Of a stretch of 64,000 bases of DNA, positions 1-15,218 are shown one piece after another. The translations under genes and the position numbers were made by a program. The notes below the pieces were generated by a model. It saw only the letters and a list, made by a program, of their open reading frames with translations. It was not told the origin of the DNA and did no database searches. The stretch is from assembly GCF_009914755.1 (NCBI RefSeq), contig NC_060933.1; one strand, given 5' to 3'. Position 1 is the stretch's first letter. Each line of letters opens with the position of its first letter. The stretch comes from the human T2T-CHM13v2.0 reference genome, Homo sapiens.

Positions 1-70
1 AGAAGACAGCCAAACACAAGGAAAAGAAATAGTACAGACATATTTAAATATAGATGGCAAGACCCCAAAG
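1..70 (+). CDS. CNTLN: Centlein coding exon (3' part only; starts upstream of window)
   Basis: Frame from nt 2 reads EDSQTQGKEIVQTYLNIDGKTPK, then donor AAG|GTAAAT at 71. Phase 0 joins the next exon (DYFHDK...). Confidence 0.88.
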
Positions 71-829
71 GTAAATGACATGATTTTGCTTAATTGTATG
101 CTATGTTTTAAATTTTATCTTATGCTTTATAACTTAAGTAAATAAATGTTACTATTGATTTAATTTGAATTCTTACAAGTTAAGTCTTTAAAATATACAG
201 TGAAAATATTCACTTTTAAATAATTTTCAAGTACTTGTTTGTTACAGTCTTTTTCATAGACGAAAATAAATACTATTCTTATAAATCTTAAGGTATTTAT
301 ATCTCAGCAAAAAAGTGGTTAATAAGCTCATTATTGTTTTCAGGTATATGAAATATTCCAAATGATGAAACTTCTTTTTGTATATTAGTCTTTGCAATGA
401 TAAAGTCATTTAGTCTGACTAAATCTTTAAATTACTTATTTCTAACTAGCCTCTCAATGTATTTTACATTTTGAAAAATTGAAGTTGTAATACAACTTAT
501 TCAGTAATTCCTACTGCTGATACATCATGGCACCAAATGTTTACCTATTTAACATAAATCAGTGAAAAATTAAGGAAAGTTCATTTCTATTTTGTTGTAA
601 AAATTAGGTTGTCTTTGAATTAACCTATAAGATTCTTTTAAAACATAATTCAAAAACATTTATTTTTTGAGCTCTTGCCAGCACTTTGGAGGAAAGGTCT
701 TCTTTAGTTACTACCAGAATAAAGTTCAGACCAAGAATATATGCTAAATGACTGCTGATTGATTGATAAATAGATTTTATAGAAATTTTTGCTGCTCTTC
801 ATTGATACTTGATAGGTTAATCTTTCTCA

Positions 830-1655
830 TTTCAGCTACTTTTTCATGTATGTTGAGGTATATCATTGTGAGTTAAGTTTCTGTGATTACTAATACAATG
901 TTGAGTACTTTCTCATGGTTATTGGGCATTTGGAATTTTTTAGTAAATTGCCTCTTCAAGTCTCTGCCCATTTTCCAAATGAGTTGTCTGTATTTTTCTT
1001 ACTGGCTTAGACATTTTTATATATGCTATATATGAGCCTTTTGTGGGTTATGTATTGTAGATATCTTTTCCTACTCCATGGTGTGCCTTTTTTCTTTTCT
1101 CACTGGAGTCTTCTGAAGAATATAACATCTCAATTCTAATGTGGCCAAACTTACCAATTTTTTGTTTATGAATAGCACATTTTGTGTCCTGTATAATGCA
1201 TTGCTTACTGCAATGTAGATATATCCTATGCTACCTTCCATGTTGTCTTTTCCTATATTTTTCTGATTTCCTATATTTTTCTGTTTTGATTTTCACATCA
1301 ATGTCTAGCATTGATTTTTTCATGTGATGTGAGATAGGGATTAAGTTTACCAATTTTTCCCCAATATTTGTCATTAACTTTTTCCTTACTTTATTCAAAG
1401 GTGCCACCTTTATTGTAAATCCAATGTACATAAACATAGGGATATTTCTCTAGGCTTTTTCTTCTGTTCCTTCAGTAAATGTATCAGTATCATGCTGTCT
1501 TAGTTACATTTTAGTAGTCTTGATTGCATGTTGAACAAGTTTCCCACCTTCTTGTTCATCAAGAGTCTCTTCTTGGTCCTTTACTCTTCAAAATGAATTT
1601 AAAATCAGCTTAAGTTCTACAAAAACTTTTTTTGGGATTTTGATAGTGACTCTAT
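830..1655 (-). mobile_element. Old L1M ORF2/3' fragment
   Basis: Degenerate antisense L1 ORF2-type sequence (gtgatgtgagataggga..., gggattttgatagtgactctatt). Boundaries approximate. Confidence 0.55.
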
Positions 1656-2110
1656 TAACCTAAATTAATATAAAACAAGAAGAAGACGCTGAAAGGTAGA
1701 GAGAAGGCAGCAGACCAGCTAGGTACCTCAGCACTCAAGGAACAACATGGTGGTGAGTTCTTTGGGTTTTCATTTTGCTTCATGTATCCTGGCCTGGATA
1801 CCTGAAATCCCCAACCTAGAAACCTCAGTAGGTCAGACAATACATGCCCTGGATAAAACCCTTCTTTTAGCCAAAGGACCTGGAAAAGGCCAGCCTAGCA
1901 AGACAGAAAAGCTTACACAGTAAGTGTCCTACTCCAGGCAAACACCAGAGAAAAATTGCAACCCTGTTTCCAGCCCCATCTGTAAAGGCCTAATGGGAAC
2001 CTAGACTTTCACTCTTACCTGGCAATAAGTAGGCACTCTTCACCTCTCCTCCTCCTATCAGGGTGATGCCAGAGAGGACCAAGTGTGGAGCTAGTGATAA
2101 TGACCTCCTC

Positions 2111-2462
2111 CTGGGATCCCTAACCCCTGGGCTGCAGACTGGCACCTGTTGTGGCCTGCTAGGAACTGGCTTACACAGCAGAAGGTGAGAGGTGGGTGAG
2201 CCATTGTTACGGCCTGAGCTCTGCCTCCCGTTAGACCAGCGGAGGCATTAGACTCTCACATAAGCATGAACCCCGCTGTGAACTGCACATGCAAGGGATC
2301 TAGGTTGCTGCTCCTTATGAGAATCTAATGCCTGATGATCTGAGGTAGAACAGTTTCATCCCGAAACCATCTCCACCTCCCCGACCCACTCCACCCCCTA
2401 TCCATGCAAAAATTTTCTTCCACAAAACTGGTTTTTGGTGCCAAAAAGGTTAAGAACCGGTG
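2111..2462 (+). mobile_element. MER1B-like hAT-Charlie MITE
   Basis: ctgggatccctaacccctggg...gagaatctaatgcctgatgatctgagg...ggtgccaaaaaggtt matches recalled MER1 consensus. Confidence 0.8.
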
Positions 2463-3026
2463 ACTCCCTCCTTTCCATGTCATTGGAGATCACATAGGGA
2501 ACCTGGATATCCACCTCCATTCAGCATTGAAATGCCTTTCCCTTCTGAGCAAGATAATTTCAGAGGCCAAGTGCAGAGATGGGGAATTTAATTACTACTT
2601 ATACCTAACAAGCCCCCACCCCCTCCCCATGATGTCAATGGAAGCCCAGTGGGGAACATTAACTAAGTCCCCCTCCATTATCCAGCCATGATGGTATCAG
2701 CAGATGCCTATTGGGTAGCCTGAAGTTCTGCCCTCCCCAAGCAGTAATAAGGTGGCCCTCTCCAACCAGGTTGTCAACTAAGACTGGATTTCCACTTCCA
2801 ACTGGCAGTAATTAGATGGTGTGCTCCTTGCCCCATCAGTGTGGTGTCAGATGAGTCCCATTCAAATGAGATTCAAGTAAGATACAGAACCTTGAAGTTC
2901 TAATACTTGAAATATAATAGCCAAAATGTCCAGGATACAATTGAAAATCACACCTCATACCAAGATCCAGGAAAACCTCAACTATATCAACAGAAGCAAA
3001 AAGCAAGATGACAGATGTTGGAGTTA

Positions 3027-3394
3027 CAGACAGTCCCCAACTCACTACAATGGTTTGAGTTAAAATTTTTCTACTTTATGTTGGTGTGAAATTGATACAT
3101 GTTTAGTAGAAACTGTACTTTGAGTACCCATACAATGGTTTTTTTAATCACTTTCAGGGCAGTATTCAATAAATAAATTACATGACATATTTAATACTTT
3201 ATTATAAAATAAGCTTTGTGTTAGATGATTTTGCCCAGCTGTAGGCTAATGTAAGTGTTCTGAGTAGGCTAGGCTAAGCTATGATGTTTGGTAGGTCAGA
3301 TGTATTAAATGCATTTTTGATTTATGATGTTTTCAACTTAATGAGTTTATCAGGACGTAATAATGGATACCCATTGTATGTCAGGAGGCATCTG
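3027..3394 (-). mobile_element. MER47A-like TcMar-Tigger MITE
   Basis: Termini CAGACAGTCCCC and GGAGGCATCTG, flanked by TA TSDs (3025-3026, 3395-3396); internal taggctaggctaagctatgatg. Confidence 0.8.
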
Positions 3395-3589
3395 TATATG
3401 ACACGTATATTAAAGTTGCTGCCATCAAAATGCTTCAACAAGCAATTATGGACAGGCCTAAAACAAAACAAAATAGACCTAAAACAAAAGCAATAGACTA
3501 TCTCAGTAAAGAATTAGAAAGTCTCAGCAAATAAATAGAAGATATAAAAATACCCAGATCTAAATTTTAGAACTGAAAAATTAAATAAC

Positions 3590-3692
3590 TATGTTTGCCC
3601 CACAGATGGTGGCATTAATCCTTATCACCCAAAATTGATTCAGATGTCAAGACTGATGGCACCGTACACCCGCCATTATTATTCACATAATG
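3590..3692. mobile_element. Short ERVL-type LTR fragment (LTR41-like)
   Basis: cacccaaaattgattcagatgtcaagactgatg...attcacataatg resembles recalled LTR41 sequence. Confidence 0.4.
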
Positions 3693-4660
3693 GAACAGAG
3701 AATCTAGAAATGGATCCACATAAGTATGAACAACTGATTATTTTTGACCAAGGTGCAAAGGAAGGATAATCCTTTCAAAAAATGGTGCTGGAGCAATTGG
3801 ATATTTCTATGCAAAAATATAGGAACCTATACCTAGACTTTACACTTTATACAAAAATTAATTTGAGGTGGCTCACATATAAATGTAGAATATTAAATCA
3901 TAAAACTTTCAGAAAGAAATATAAGAGAAAATCTTGAAGTCTTAGAGCTGAGTGAAGAGTTTTTAGACATGATACCAAAAGCATGATCCATAAAAGAAAA
4001 CAACAGTAAATTAGACTTCATTAAAATTAAGAACTTTTGCTCCTCAAAAGACACTATATAGAAGATGAAAAGACAAGCCACAGAGTGAGAGGAATATTTA
4101 AAAACCATGTGTCTGACAAAAGTCTCATAGCTTGAATATGTAAAGAACACTCAAAACTTAACAGGAAGAAATTAAACAATCCAGTTACAAAATAGGCAGA
4201 AGATATGAGCAAACATTTTACCAAAAAAGGATATACGGATGGCAAATAAGCACATATAAAGATTTTCAACTTCACTATTAGGAAACAGCTAAAGTAAAAA
4301 TTAGTGAAAATACCGAGTGCTGACCAAGGGACAGGGAAACTGGATCTCTCATATATTGTTCATGTGAATATAAAATTCTATATTACAGCACTCTGAAAAA
4401 GTTTGTCAGTTTCTTAAAAACTAAACTTACCATACAACCCAGCTATCACACCCTTAGACACATCCCACAGACATGAAAATATATGTTTACCAAAAAAACT
4501 TGTACATGAATGATCATAGAACCTTTGTTTGTAATAGCTGAAAACTGGGAACAACCAAAATTCTCTTCAATAGCTGAACAGCTAAACAAACTGTGGTACA
4601 TCTGTAACACAGGAAACTTCTCAGCAATAAAAAGGAGCTAACTATTGACGTATACAATGT
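3693..4660 (+). mobile_element. L1MC/MD-type ORF2 end and 3' region
   Basis: aaatggtgctggagcaattgg, attaagaacttttgctcctcaaaagacact, aaactgtggtacat motifs. Confidence 0.7.
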
Positions 4661-5406
4661 CCTAGCTTTCTGACCTGAAATTTCTCATCTTGGATTGTGA
4701 ACTAGGCTTTCTTTCTTGCCTTCTGCATTCTGTGTTGCTATTTAAGTGGAATTTCAAGGTCACAAGGGATTGTCAGTTCTACATTTTGCTGGCCACTTTG
4801 TTGGTCACTTTTGTATGGTCTCTGAATTTCTGCTTTCACTTCATTTTTGACCTCTGACATTTCCCTTGTATTTTTTGCCATGTTAGAAATACACTTTAAG
4901 TGTGTTTGTTTCATAGCATGAGAGTTTTCTTGAGTTTGTATTCAGTAATAGTACTGGAAACAGAAGCCCACTTCTTTGTAATTTAATTTTAGCTACTGTT
5001 AATTTGATACCAAATCTGGTGACTGATATTAGTACTTCAATTGGTAGCTGTAGTTTGGATTTTTTTTTTAACAGTGCTCAGTGCGTGGCTGATACTTAAA
5101 TACTAATTAAATCTTAATAAAGCAATTAAAAATTTATATGCCAGTTCTGAAGATAAGCTTAAATGAAGCATTTCAAAAATATTTTGAGAAATGAAACATT
5201 GTTAGGGTTTTATATTTCTGAAACTAATCATTTGAAAGGAAAACCTTATTTTAGATATAGGCTTCTGTTCCATGTGTTAATCAGTTTCATGACTTTCAGG
5301 CAATTTGTTGCTGGATTGGGATCTTTTAAAAAGTTCTTTTTAAAATAAGAAATAATTTTCTAGATTGCATATATCTATGTTTCCCAGCCAATACATTCTT
5401 AAACAA

Positions 5407-5771
<365 letters not shown>

Positions 5772-6167
5772 TCAACAAGGCTTCCTTTTATTCAGCCTCA
5801 GTGTATTAGAATGCCATGAGGAAAACATACAGCTTCAGGAAGTTATTTTATTATTGTCAGCATTATTTTTAGCTTTATTTGTCAGAAGGCTATTAGCTTC
5901 ATTTGTCAGCATATAATAGAGTATTTGAGAAAAGGGCCTATATTTTCAGAGAATAAGTTATTAATTATTCACATTTTACTTTTGTTACGGTTACCATATT
6001 TACTCCTAAGTTTTTAAGCTATCCCTAGATTAAATTTCTACTTCTTTGGAGTTGATTTTGTATCTGTATCTTCTGCCTGCTGGTTTAAGTTCAGTGTATA
6101 CAATAAGTTCATTTGTAAGTTCTTGGTATCAGTTATAGAATTTTATCATCTAGAGTTTAAAAAATAT

Positions 6168-6263
6168 TTTTTTCAATTTTTTTTGTAAGAGGCAGTCTTG
6201 CTCTGTTGCCCAGGCTGGTCTCAAACTCCTGGCCTCAAGCAGTCCTCCTGCCTTGGTCTCCCA
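6168..6263 (-). mobile_element. Alu monomer (FLAM-like) fragment
   Basis: T-rich tail then gtcttgctctgttgcccaggctggtctcaaactcctggcctcaagc. Confidence 0.8.
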
Positions 6264-6386
6264 CAGACTTAAAAAAAATTCTGCATAAACAATTGTATTT
6301 TTTAAGTAAAGAGATGTTATTTATATCAGTTCACTTGATGTTGTTATTGAAGAATAATACCATTTTTATGAAATCTTCAAATTTAG

Positions 6387-6480
6387 GACTATTTTCATGA
6401 TAAGAATGCCAAAAAACCAACTTTTCAAAAGAAGAATTGCAAGATGCAAAAGAGTTCACATACAGCAGTTCCTACTAGAG
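6387..6480 (+). CDS. CNTLN: Centlein coding exon (94 nt)
   Basis: Acceptor tttAG|GAC. Reads DYFHDKNAKKPTFQKKNCKMQKSSHTAVPTR+G. Donor GAG|GTAAGA at 6481 (phase 1). Confidence 0.93.
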
Positions 6481-6564
6481 GTAAGAATGTATATGCAATT
6501 AACAATATGTCTTTTACAATTTAAATCTAATTTTTAAAATATGAACAATATTGTTTTTATGTAG

Positions 6565-6788
6565 TCAACAGAGAAAAGTACAAAAATATAACTGCCCAGA
6601 AATCAAGTAGCAATATTATTTTATTACGAGAACGGATTATATCCTTGCAACAACAAAACAGTGTACTTCAGAATGCCAAGAAAACAGCAGAATTGTCTGT
6701 TAAAGAATATAAAGAAGTTAATGAAAAGCTCCTCCATCAACAGCAAGTATCCGATCAACGATTTCAGACAAGCAGGCAGACAATAAAG
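6565..6788 (+). CDS. CNTLN: Centlein coding exon (224 nt)
   Basis: Follows an 84-nt intron; acceptor gtAG|TC completes Val. Reads VNREKYKNITAQKSSSNIILLRERIISLQQQNSVLQNAKK...RQTIK, overlapping ORF 6645..6881. Donor AAG|GTAAAG. Confidence 0.95.
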
Positions 6789-9700
6789 GTAAAGAGAACT
6801 TTAAGATTGAACAGTAGTATACTATATTGTAAAAGTGGATATTTTGTTTTACATGTATTATTTAGTTTATATTTGTGTTAGGCAGGTCTATGAGTTTTAA
6901 AAAATCCCAGGCACTGTTTACTAGTGTAATTAGTTTAATTACTGGACTTCTTTAATAAGGCCCATATTAAAGGATAACATACATGAGGGAAGGAACTCTG
7001 AATCTAAAAGACACTTTACTAGCGTTCCTGTTCCTCTTAGTTTTTCTCATCTTTGAAATATTTTTACATATTCTGTATTGTGTTACATCTTAGTGTTTAA
7101 AAGCAGGCTTCATACATACACATAGCTTACCCGTTTGCCTATGTTTGAAACTTTGTGTTTATGATAAGTTACATTATTAAACTAATATATTCATCAGTTA
7201 CTCTTTGCAAATGCTAGTATAAAATGTGAAGATTTTAATGTAAGTATCTATTTTAATGTATTCCAGTAATCTATCTGTGGTTCTTTTTACTCAGGCAAAT
7301 AGTCAACATTATACCTTACTCCTGGTAAGGTAATCTTAAAGCACAAGTTTAACTTACACTTTGAGATGAACTTAAAGCAAATGAAAAAGAAAAGATTTTT
7401 TGTTCTTTAGGTCTTCATTCTTTACGCTATTTGCTTGTGTAATGAATGATTTGTTAGAAAATTATTTTGCACAGAAAAATTTATTTCATTATATTAGAAA
7501 ACAATCTTTCAATCACTGTCTCACATAATTTTAAGTTACACTTAAATTCTCTAATTCTAGTATCTAGTGCTTTGATTCAAACAATACATATAAACACTTT
7601 AATGGTGAAGGATTAGTGTTATGCCAGTTAAGAATTGTGTTCTGACTTTATTCCCAGAGTAGCCTTATACCCAAACCTTAACTGCATTCCAACTTACACC
7701 AGAAGTTTCTGGATTTTACAGGCTTGGCCATTGGAAATGTGGCAGTGGGATACCAGATAAGACTGAGCTCTATGTTAGAATTTAGACACAGCCACTGATA
7801 CCACAACCACTGTATAGGAACCACATTTCCCAAAATGATTTCATCCCATATACATTTTACTGGCTAGAATTTTCTTTTCTTCTCTTTAATATCCTCTCTT
7901 TCTTCCCTTTCCTTTTCTTTTCTCCTACGCTTCCTTTCTTTCTTCTCTAGTTAAATGACATTGTTTTATATCTCACCGTGATATTATAAACTATCTGTAT
8001 TCCTAGGTTTTTTTTGTGCAAATAGCAAAGTGACATGAAAGAACATTTTTTAAAAGAAAGAAAAAATTCTCAACTTTAATTGTTCAATCTTATTATACAA
8101 AAAACATTTGAACTTTTCGGTGTTCTCTTAAATAATTTACTAGACCACTGGCTTTTCATAAGAGTAAATTCTGATATTGTCAGAGGAAAATTATAAAAGA
8201 TTAGAGTTGTTACAAAAATTATTTTCCTCATTCTCCTTGGAAAAGGATTTTCTTCATTGAGAGTTTGAAAAGTAGTGGTATAGTTACTTCTTGGGAGTTC
8301 CTTAAATTGCATACACTATGAGAAAAATAAAAATAGTACCCTAGGGATTCAACTAAAAATCTGTGTTAGACATACTTTTTTTTCCTTTTTTGCAATCAAT
8401 TTTAATGTCCTTTCTTCTAATTTTTGAGGTGCCATACTTGGTAGTATCAAGTAAGAAATCCACATTTTAGCACAGATTTCAACTACTTGTAAAGATAAAA
8501 TTAGGAGGTATAAAAAGCACCTCAGTTACTGCATGGTTCATCTGCATTTTAGAGAGAGTATAGTATAGATGATCAAATGAATTACTTTCATATGAATTTC
8601 TCCCTGAAGTTACCCTCAATTCTAGCTATTTCAAATCTCATCTATTCCAAGGTAAATGTCTTACTTTTGCTACTATGTTATAGGTATAACTTATATTTCA
8701 TTGTTATATGTAATTTTATTTTTTAATACAAATTTTCTTTAGATGATAGAAAGGTCCAAGAACATCTAATATTCAAAAAAGTACTTTAGGAAAGAGTAAG
8801 AATCAGAATTTAGAAATTTTCCATCTCAAAAATCGCTATGAACTCAAATAAATGTAACTAGTGATTAACTAGAATTAGATTTAATTTGAATATTCTGTAC
8901 ATATGGAGAAATAACTGATGTGGTAACTAAACTTAGAATTCTCTACTGATAAAGTAACTCCCCAAATATTACATAGATACAGACAAATTCTCTTTAGTTA
9001 ATACATTGGTATAGTCTTTCTGGGCTCTAACATAATAACCAAAGCTTGGGATGGAAGATGTCAAGATCCCAGATTCTCATCTACTGGGAAATTTTTCAGG
9101 TTACCAACTTGAGGATTTGGGTAGTATCTGTTGATTTCTGTGATATTTTTAATAACTGAACTTAGGTAAACAGATTAAGTTCAGCCTTTCTTTTCCTGCC
9201 TATTTATGGTAGAATTCCTATATGCTCGGTAAATATTCTAATTTAATTATTTTATATCTGTATCTTGTGATTTTAAAACCCTCAACATTTTTTTTATTCT
9301 AAAGTATTGAATCAGGCATCAGTAGGTTTTGAACTTATAGGTCTTGAATTTATTGTGCATTAATAATTAACATTTAAGACAGATTTCAATATTTGGGCAG
9401 CCTCCATACTAAAGATATTACTTTACACTCAGGAAAACTTTTCAAAGACTTTCAACTTTTTCATATGTAATTAAAGTACCATTGTTCGTTAAGAGGTTGA
9501 TAAGAGGAACACAAAGTATTCTTTGGTATTTTTTTCCCTGTCAGTTTCATTGCAATGTGTTTTAAACCATTGTAGAATTTCCTCAAAAAAGCTTAGAAGA
9601 AGAAATTTGAACTGTATAGGCCAAACTGCTAAAGTTTTGGAAGAAAATTTTAACCAAGATAATAGATTTTTTACATGTTTAGACTGAGCTGTCATCACTT

Positions 9701-10510
9701 TAACTGTATTTTTTTGTTTGTTTGTTTGGTTTTTTTACATTTTGCCTACTCTAAAGATATGTGTTACATATAGATAGTATTTTACAACTATGAGCTAAAT
9801 GGTATACTAGGTAAATGGCAAAGATTTGTGATTCCCAAAAGCAGGTACTGTAAATATCATTGTAAAATATTCTAAACCTATTTTGAAATGCGCTATAGCC
9901 CTATACTAAGCATTATTCTGTAGATGGAATATATAAATAGCCATCAACCATTTTCAAGAAAAATTAAGTATAAATCTTTTGCATTTGTTCAAAGTATGTA
10001 TCCGTTGCCACAGGTGTAAAGATATGAGTAAAAAACATGCTAGCCCCATTCTTCAGAGCTCCCTTTTAATATGAGGAAAATGTTATACACATGCAATGTT
10101 TAATTTTATAAATTTATTTATGCTTCTCAGGTCATACACTATTTAATTTAGACAAAAAGTAGGAAAATAATGATATTTTCTCACACTAGGCATTCAAACA
10201 TGAGAAATTAACTTTGTTTTCTATAAAAGATTTTTGGAAAGTTAGGAGATACAGAGAAATAGAAAGCATATATAAGAAATAACCTTATACCCTTCAGAAA
10301 TTAACATATATTCTTCCACTGTATATTTTAAAGATAGAAAATGTGATAAATAAAGCTAAATTTTTATTTAATCATTATCTACAGCCCCATCCTCTTCTAC
10401 CTGTCTCTGGAGACACTTTCAGGTGTTCATACTAATTTTCCAATAATTTAAAAAATTGTTGCATACATATGTACATTGATAAATAATATACAGTGTTATT
10501 TTTATTGTAG

Positions 10511-10780
<270 letters not shown>

Positions 10781-13700
10781 AGCCATTGGGTCCTGGGCTT
10801 TTCTTTGCTGGGAGACTTTTTATTAGGCTTTGCTTTTGTTACTTGCTATTGGTCTGTGCAGGTTTTGGATTTCTTCATGGTTCAATCTTGGTAGATTGTA
10901 TATGTCTAGGAATTTGTCTATTTGTTCTAGATTTTCCAGATTATTGGCATATAGTTGGTGACAGTAGCCACTAACAATGCTTTAAATTTATGCAGTATCT
11001 GTTGTAATATCTGCTTTTTCACCTCTGATATTATTTGTCTTCTCTTTTTCTTGGTCTGGTTAAAGGTTTGTATGTTTTGTTTTACTTTTTGAGAAACCAA
11101 CTTTTTGTTTTATTGATTTTTTTCATATTGTTTTGTTCGTTTTAATTTCATTTATTTCTTCTCTGATCTTTATTATTTCTTTTCTTCTACTAATTTTGGG
11201 TTTGGTTTGCTCTAGTTTTTCTAGTTCTTCAAGATGCATCATTAGGTTGTTGATCTGAAATTTTTCTTCTTTTTTGATGTAAGCACTTTTAGGTATAAAC
11301 TTCTCTCTTAGTATTGCTTTTGCTGTGTTCCATAGGTCTTGGTATGTTGTGCTTCGATTATTTGTTTCAAGAAATTATTGAATTTTCCTCTTAATTTCTT
11401 GTTTCTTAATTTCTTCACTTGTCATTCAGGAACATATTGTGTAATTTCCATGTGTTTCTATAATTTCCAAAGTTCCTCTTGTTATTGATTTCTACTTTAA
11501 TTCCATTGTGATCAGAGAAAATGCTTGATACAATTTCAACTTATTTGCAATTTTTAAGATTTGTTTTGTGGCCTAACATATGGTCTATTCTTGAGACTCA
11601 TCCATATGCTAAGGAGAAGAATGTGTATTCTGCAGCTGTTTGATGAAGTGTTCTGTAAATATCTATGAGGTTCATTTGGTTTATAATGTAGATTAAGTCT
11701 GATGTTTCTTTGTTGATTTTCTATCTGGATGATCTGTCCATTGCTGAAAGTAGGGTATTGAGATCTCCAGCTATTATTGTATTGTCATATTGAAGTCTGG
11801 CTCTCTCTTTAATGCTAACAATATTTGCTTTATATATCTGAGTACTCCGGTGCTGGATATATAGGTATTTATAATTGTTATATCCTCTTGCTAAATTGGC
11901 CCCTTTATCATTATATAATGACCTTTTCTTTCTCTCTTTATATTTTTTTGTCTCAAATTTTAAAAATATGATATAAGTATAGCTAGTCATGTTCTTTTTT
12001 GGTTTCCACTTCATGGAATATCTTTTTCTATCCCTTTATTTTCAGTCCATGTGCATCTTTATAGGTGAAATGAGTTTCTTGTAGGTAGTGTATCATTGGG
12101 TCTTGTTTTTTAATCCATTCAGCTACTATGTATCTTTTGGTTGGAGAGTTTAGTCCATTTGCATTCAGTATTATTATTCATAGATGAGTACTTGCTACTG
12201 CCATTTTGTTATTTATTTTCTGGTTGTTTTGTGGTCCTCTCTTTCATCCTTCCTATTTTCCTTTGTGTAAAAGTGATTTTTCTGGTAGTAGTTTTTAATT
12301 TCATGCTTTAGTGTGTGTGTATATATCTGTTGTAGGTTTTATGATTTCAGGTTACCATGAGGTCTGCAAATAATGCTTTGTAACCAATTATTTTAAACTG
12401 ATAACAACTAAACTCTGATTATAAAAACAATAGACAAGCAAAGAGAAACCTAATATACACTCTCCATTTTAACTTGATCCAATCCCCACTTTTACAGTTT
12501 TTGTTGTTTATATCTTTTTTGTTTACACATCACAATTACACTGTTATTCTGTATTTGTGTATGTACATGCTATTACCAGTGAGTTTTTTTACCCTTAGAT
12601 GATTTCTTACTGCTTATCTACATCCTTTTCTTTCAGGTTGTAGAACTCCCTTTAGCATTTCTTGTAGGACAGATCTGGTGTTGGCAAAATTCTCAGCTTT
12701 TGTTTGTGTGGGAAAGTCTTTATTTCATATTAGTGTTTGAAGGATATTTTTGGTGTGTATAATACACTACGATAAACGTTCTTTTCTTTAGCACTTTGAA
12801 TATGTCATGTCCCTCTTTCCTGGCCTGTAAGGTTTCCACTGAGAAGTCTGCTGTATTAGAGCTCTTTTATACGTTATTTATTTTCTTTTTCTGCTCTTAG
12901 GATCCTTTCTTTATCCTTGACCTTTGGGATTTTGATTATTAAGTGCCTTGAGGTAGTCTTCTTTGGGTTAAATCTCTTATTTGGTTTAATTCTATCACCC
13001 TCTGATACGTGAATTATTCTCCTGTGTATTTTTAAATAGCCCATCTTTAAGCTCACTAGTCTTTCTTCTCCTTGATCAAGTCTGCTGTTGAGAGACTCTA
13101 ATGCGTTTTTCAGTTTGTCAATTGAATCGTTCAGCTCCAAAATATCTGATTGGTTTTTAAAAATTATTTCAATGTTTTTGTTAAATATCTCTGATAGGAT
13201 TCTGAATTTTTTCTCTGTGTTTTCTTGGTTCATTGAGCTTCCTTAAAACAGTGATTTTGAATTCTCTGTCTGAAAGGTCACATATCTCTGTCACCCTGGG
13301 ATTGGTTACTGGTGCCTTATTTAGTTCATTTATTGAGGTCATGTTTTCCCGAGTGTTTTTGTTGCTTGTGGATGTTTGCTGGTGTCTGGGCATGAAAGTG
13401 TTAGGTATTTATCCTAATCTTTGGATTCTGGGCTTTTTTGTGCTCATCCTTCTTGTGAAGGCTTTCTAGATATTCAAAGGAATTGAGTGTTATGACCTAA
13501 GTCTTGGGTCACTGAAGCCACATCTCCGCTAGGGGATACCCTAATCCCGGTAACACTGTGATTCTTGCAGACTTGTACCACCTTGGTGGGCTTAGGTAAG
13601 ATCCAGGAGAATTCCCTGGATTGCCAGACAGAGACTGTCATTCTCTTCCCTCACTTTGCCCCAAACAAAAGGAGTCTCTCCTTCCATGCTGGGTTGCCTG

Positions 13701-14708
13701 GAGTTGGGAGAGGGGTGACTGAGTCACTTCGATGTCCACCACTGCTGAGGCTGTGCTAGGTCACTCCTGAAGCTAGCAACATAGTGGTTATTGCCCAAGG
13801 CCTTTGGCAACTAGTGCCTGGCTGCCACTGATGTTTATTTGAGGTCCAAGGGCTCTTTAGTCAGCAGGTAATGAATCGTGCCAGAACTGGGTTCTTCTTT
13901 GCAGTGCAGCAGGTTCTCTTCTGGCCCAGGGTGGGTCTAGAAATGCCGTACAGGAGCTAGGGCCTGGAATCTGGGGCTTCAGAGATCTGCTTGGTGATTT
14001 ATTTTACTGTGGCAGAGCTTTTACCCAAGTTGCAAGACAAAGTACTCTTTACTCTTCCTTCTCCTTTCTGCAATCAGGAGTCTCTCACTGAGCTTCCCTG
14101 CCTGGAGTAAAGGGAGGGGTGATGTAAACACTCTCTTTACTACCACAACTGATGTCTCAGTGGGTTATGTGCACTTCAGTTCAACTGGCTCCAAGCCCAG
14201 CACAGCACCCAGACTTGCCCAAGGACCGCAGATTTTATTATTGCCTTTCATATTTATTCAGTACTGCAGGACACTTTAGTTAGCTGGTAGTGGAGCTTGC
14301 TGGAAGTCAGTTTCCTACCAGTGGGGTGAAGGACTCCTCTAGGGCGGGGATAGTTTAAATGCACCTTCTCTGGGCACCAGCAGAATTCCGCCTTGTGTTG
14401 TGTTCCGCTGTGACAGGACTTTGCTCTGTCCCCCAAGCACACAGATTCTCTCTCGGCTCAGTGTAGCACTGCTGGGGAATGAGGGAAGGATGATGTAGGC
14501 AATGCAAGACTCTCTTTTCTACCCTCTTCAGTGCCTCTTTCTTTGCTATGATGTTAAAACCAGCTTTTAACCTGGTTTGCCTGATTGCTTACCTGAATTT
14601 TGGTTCTTAGGAAGGTGCTTTCTTCCCTGGATAATTGTTGAATTTGATGCTTCTGAGGGAAGAAAGTCACTGGAGTTCTGTTTGGCCATTTTGCTCTGCT
14701 TCCCTCCC
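10781..14708 (-). mobile_element. Old L1 (L1MA/PB-like): 5'UTR, ORF1 and ORF2 endonuclease region; 3' part missing
   Basis: ORF 12874..13233 has ORF1p motifs (ESLNSRLDQGEER, TSRHLIIKIPKVKDKERILRA). ORF 11721..12014 has the endonuclease motif IIAGDLNTLLSAMDRSSR. 5' terminus GCAGAGCAAAATGGCCAA near 14700. Confidence 0.88.
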
Positions 14709-15218
14709 TCAATCTCATTTATTATTAAACTTAATTCGTTAGAATATATTTAAGGTAAATTTTCTTAAAATTTGTTTCTGATTAAAACAATGTATTTTTT
14801 CTCCTTACATATTAAAATCTGTATTGCAAAAGTGAACATCAAGGGATAGAAATAGGGTAAGGCAGACTATATTGACTTACTCTTCCAGTTTGAATGATCA
14901 GATTTTTGACTTAAAGGTGTTACTCATAATTTAATTGAAACATGAAAATTAGTCCCAAATCTTAAGACTAACAGGATGTAAATGCTCTCTTTTTTTGTTC
15001 CAATAATATTACTTAAGTGTATTATGGCTGTGGATACCTCTTTCTAGTAACATATGTGTCATCCTAAAGACTCAAACAGTATTAGCTCACAGAGACAAAC
15101 TACCAGAATCATATTATCAAAGAAAATGTGGCCATTACCCATAGCACACTTTTTAGAAAGTCTGTTGAATGTTTTATAGTAGGCACTAAATATGTATAAA
15201 ACTTCAGCTGACAGATTT

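Noticed and set aside
6481-6564. 84-nt intron is a multiple of 3, so retention might give an in-frame insertion
   Set aside because: Read-through hits TAA (..TTT ACA ATT TAA) within the intron, so retention would truncate.
11721-13393. L1 ORF1/ORF2 peptides as an active or domesticated element
   Set aside because: Fragmented by frameshifts and deletions, and the RT domain and 3' end are absent.
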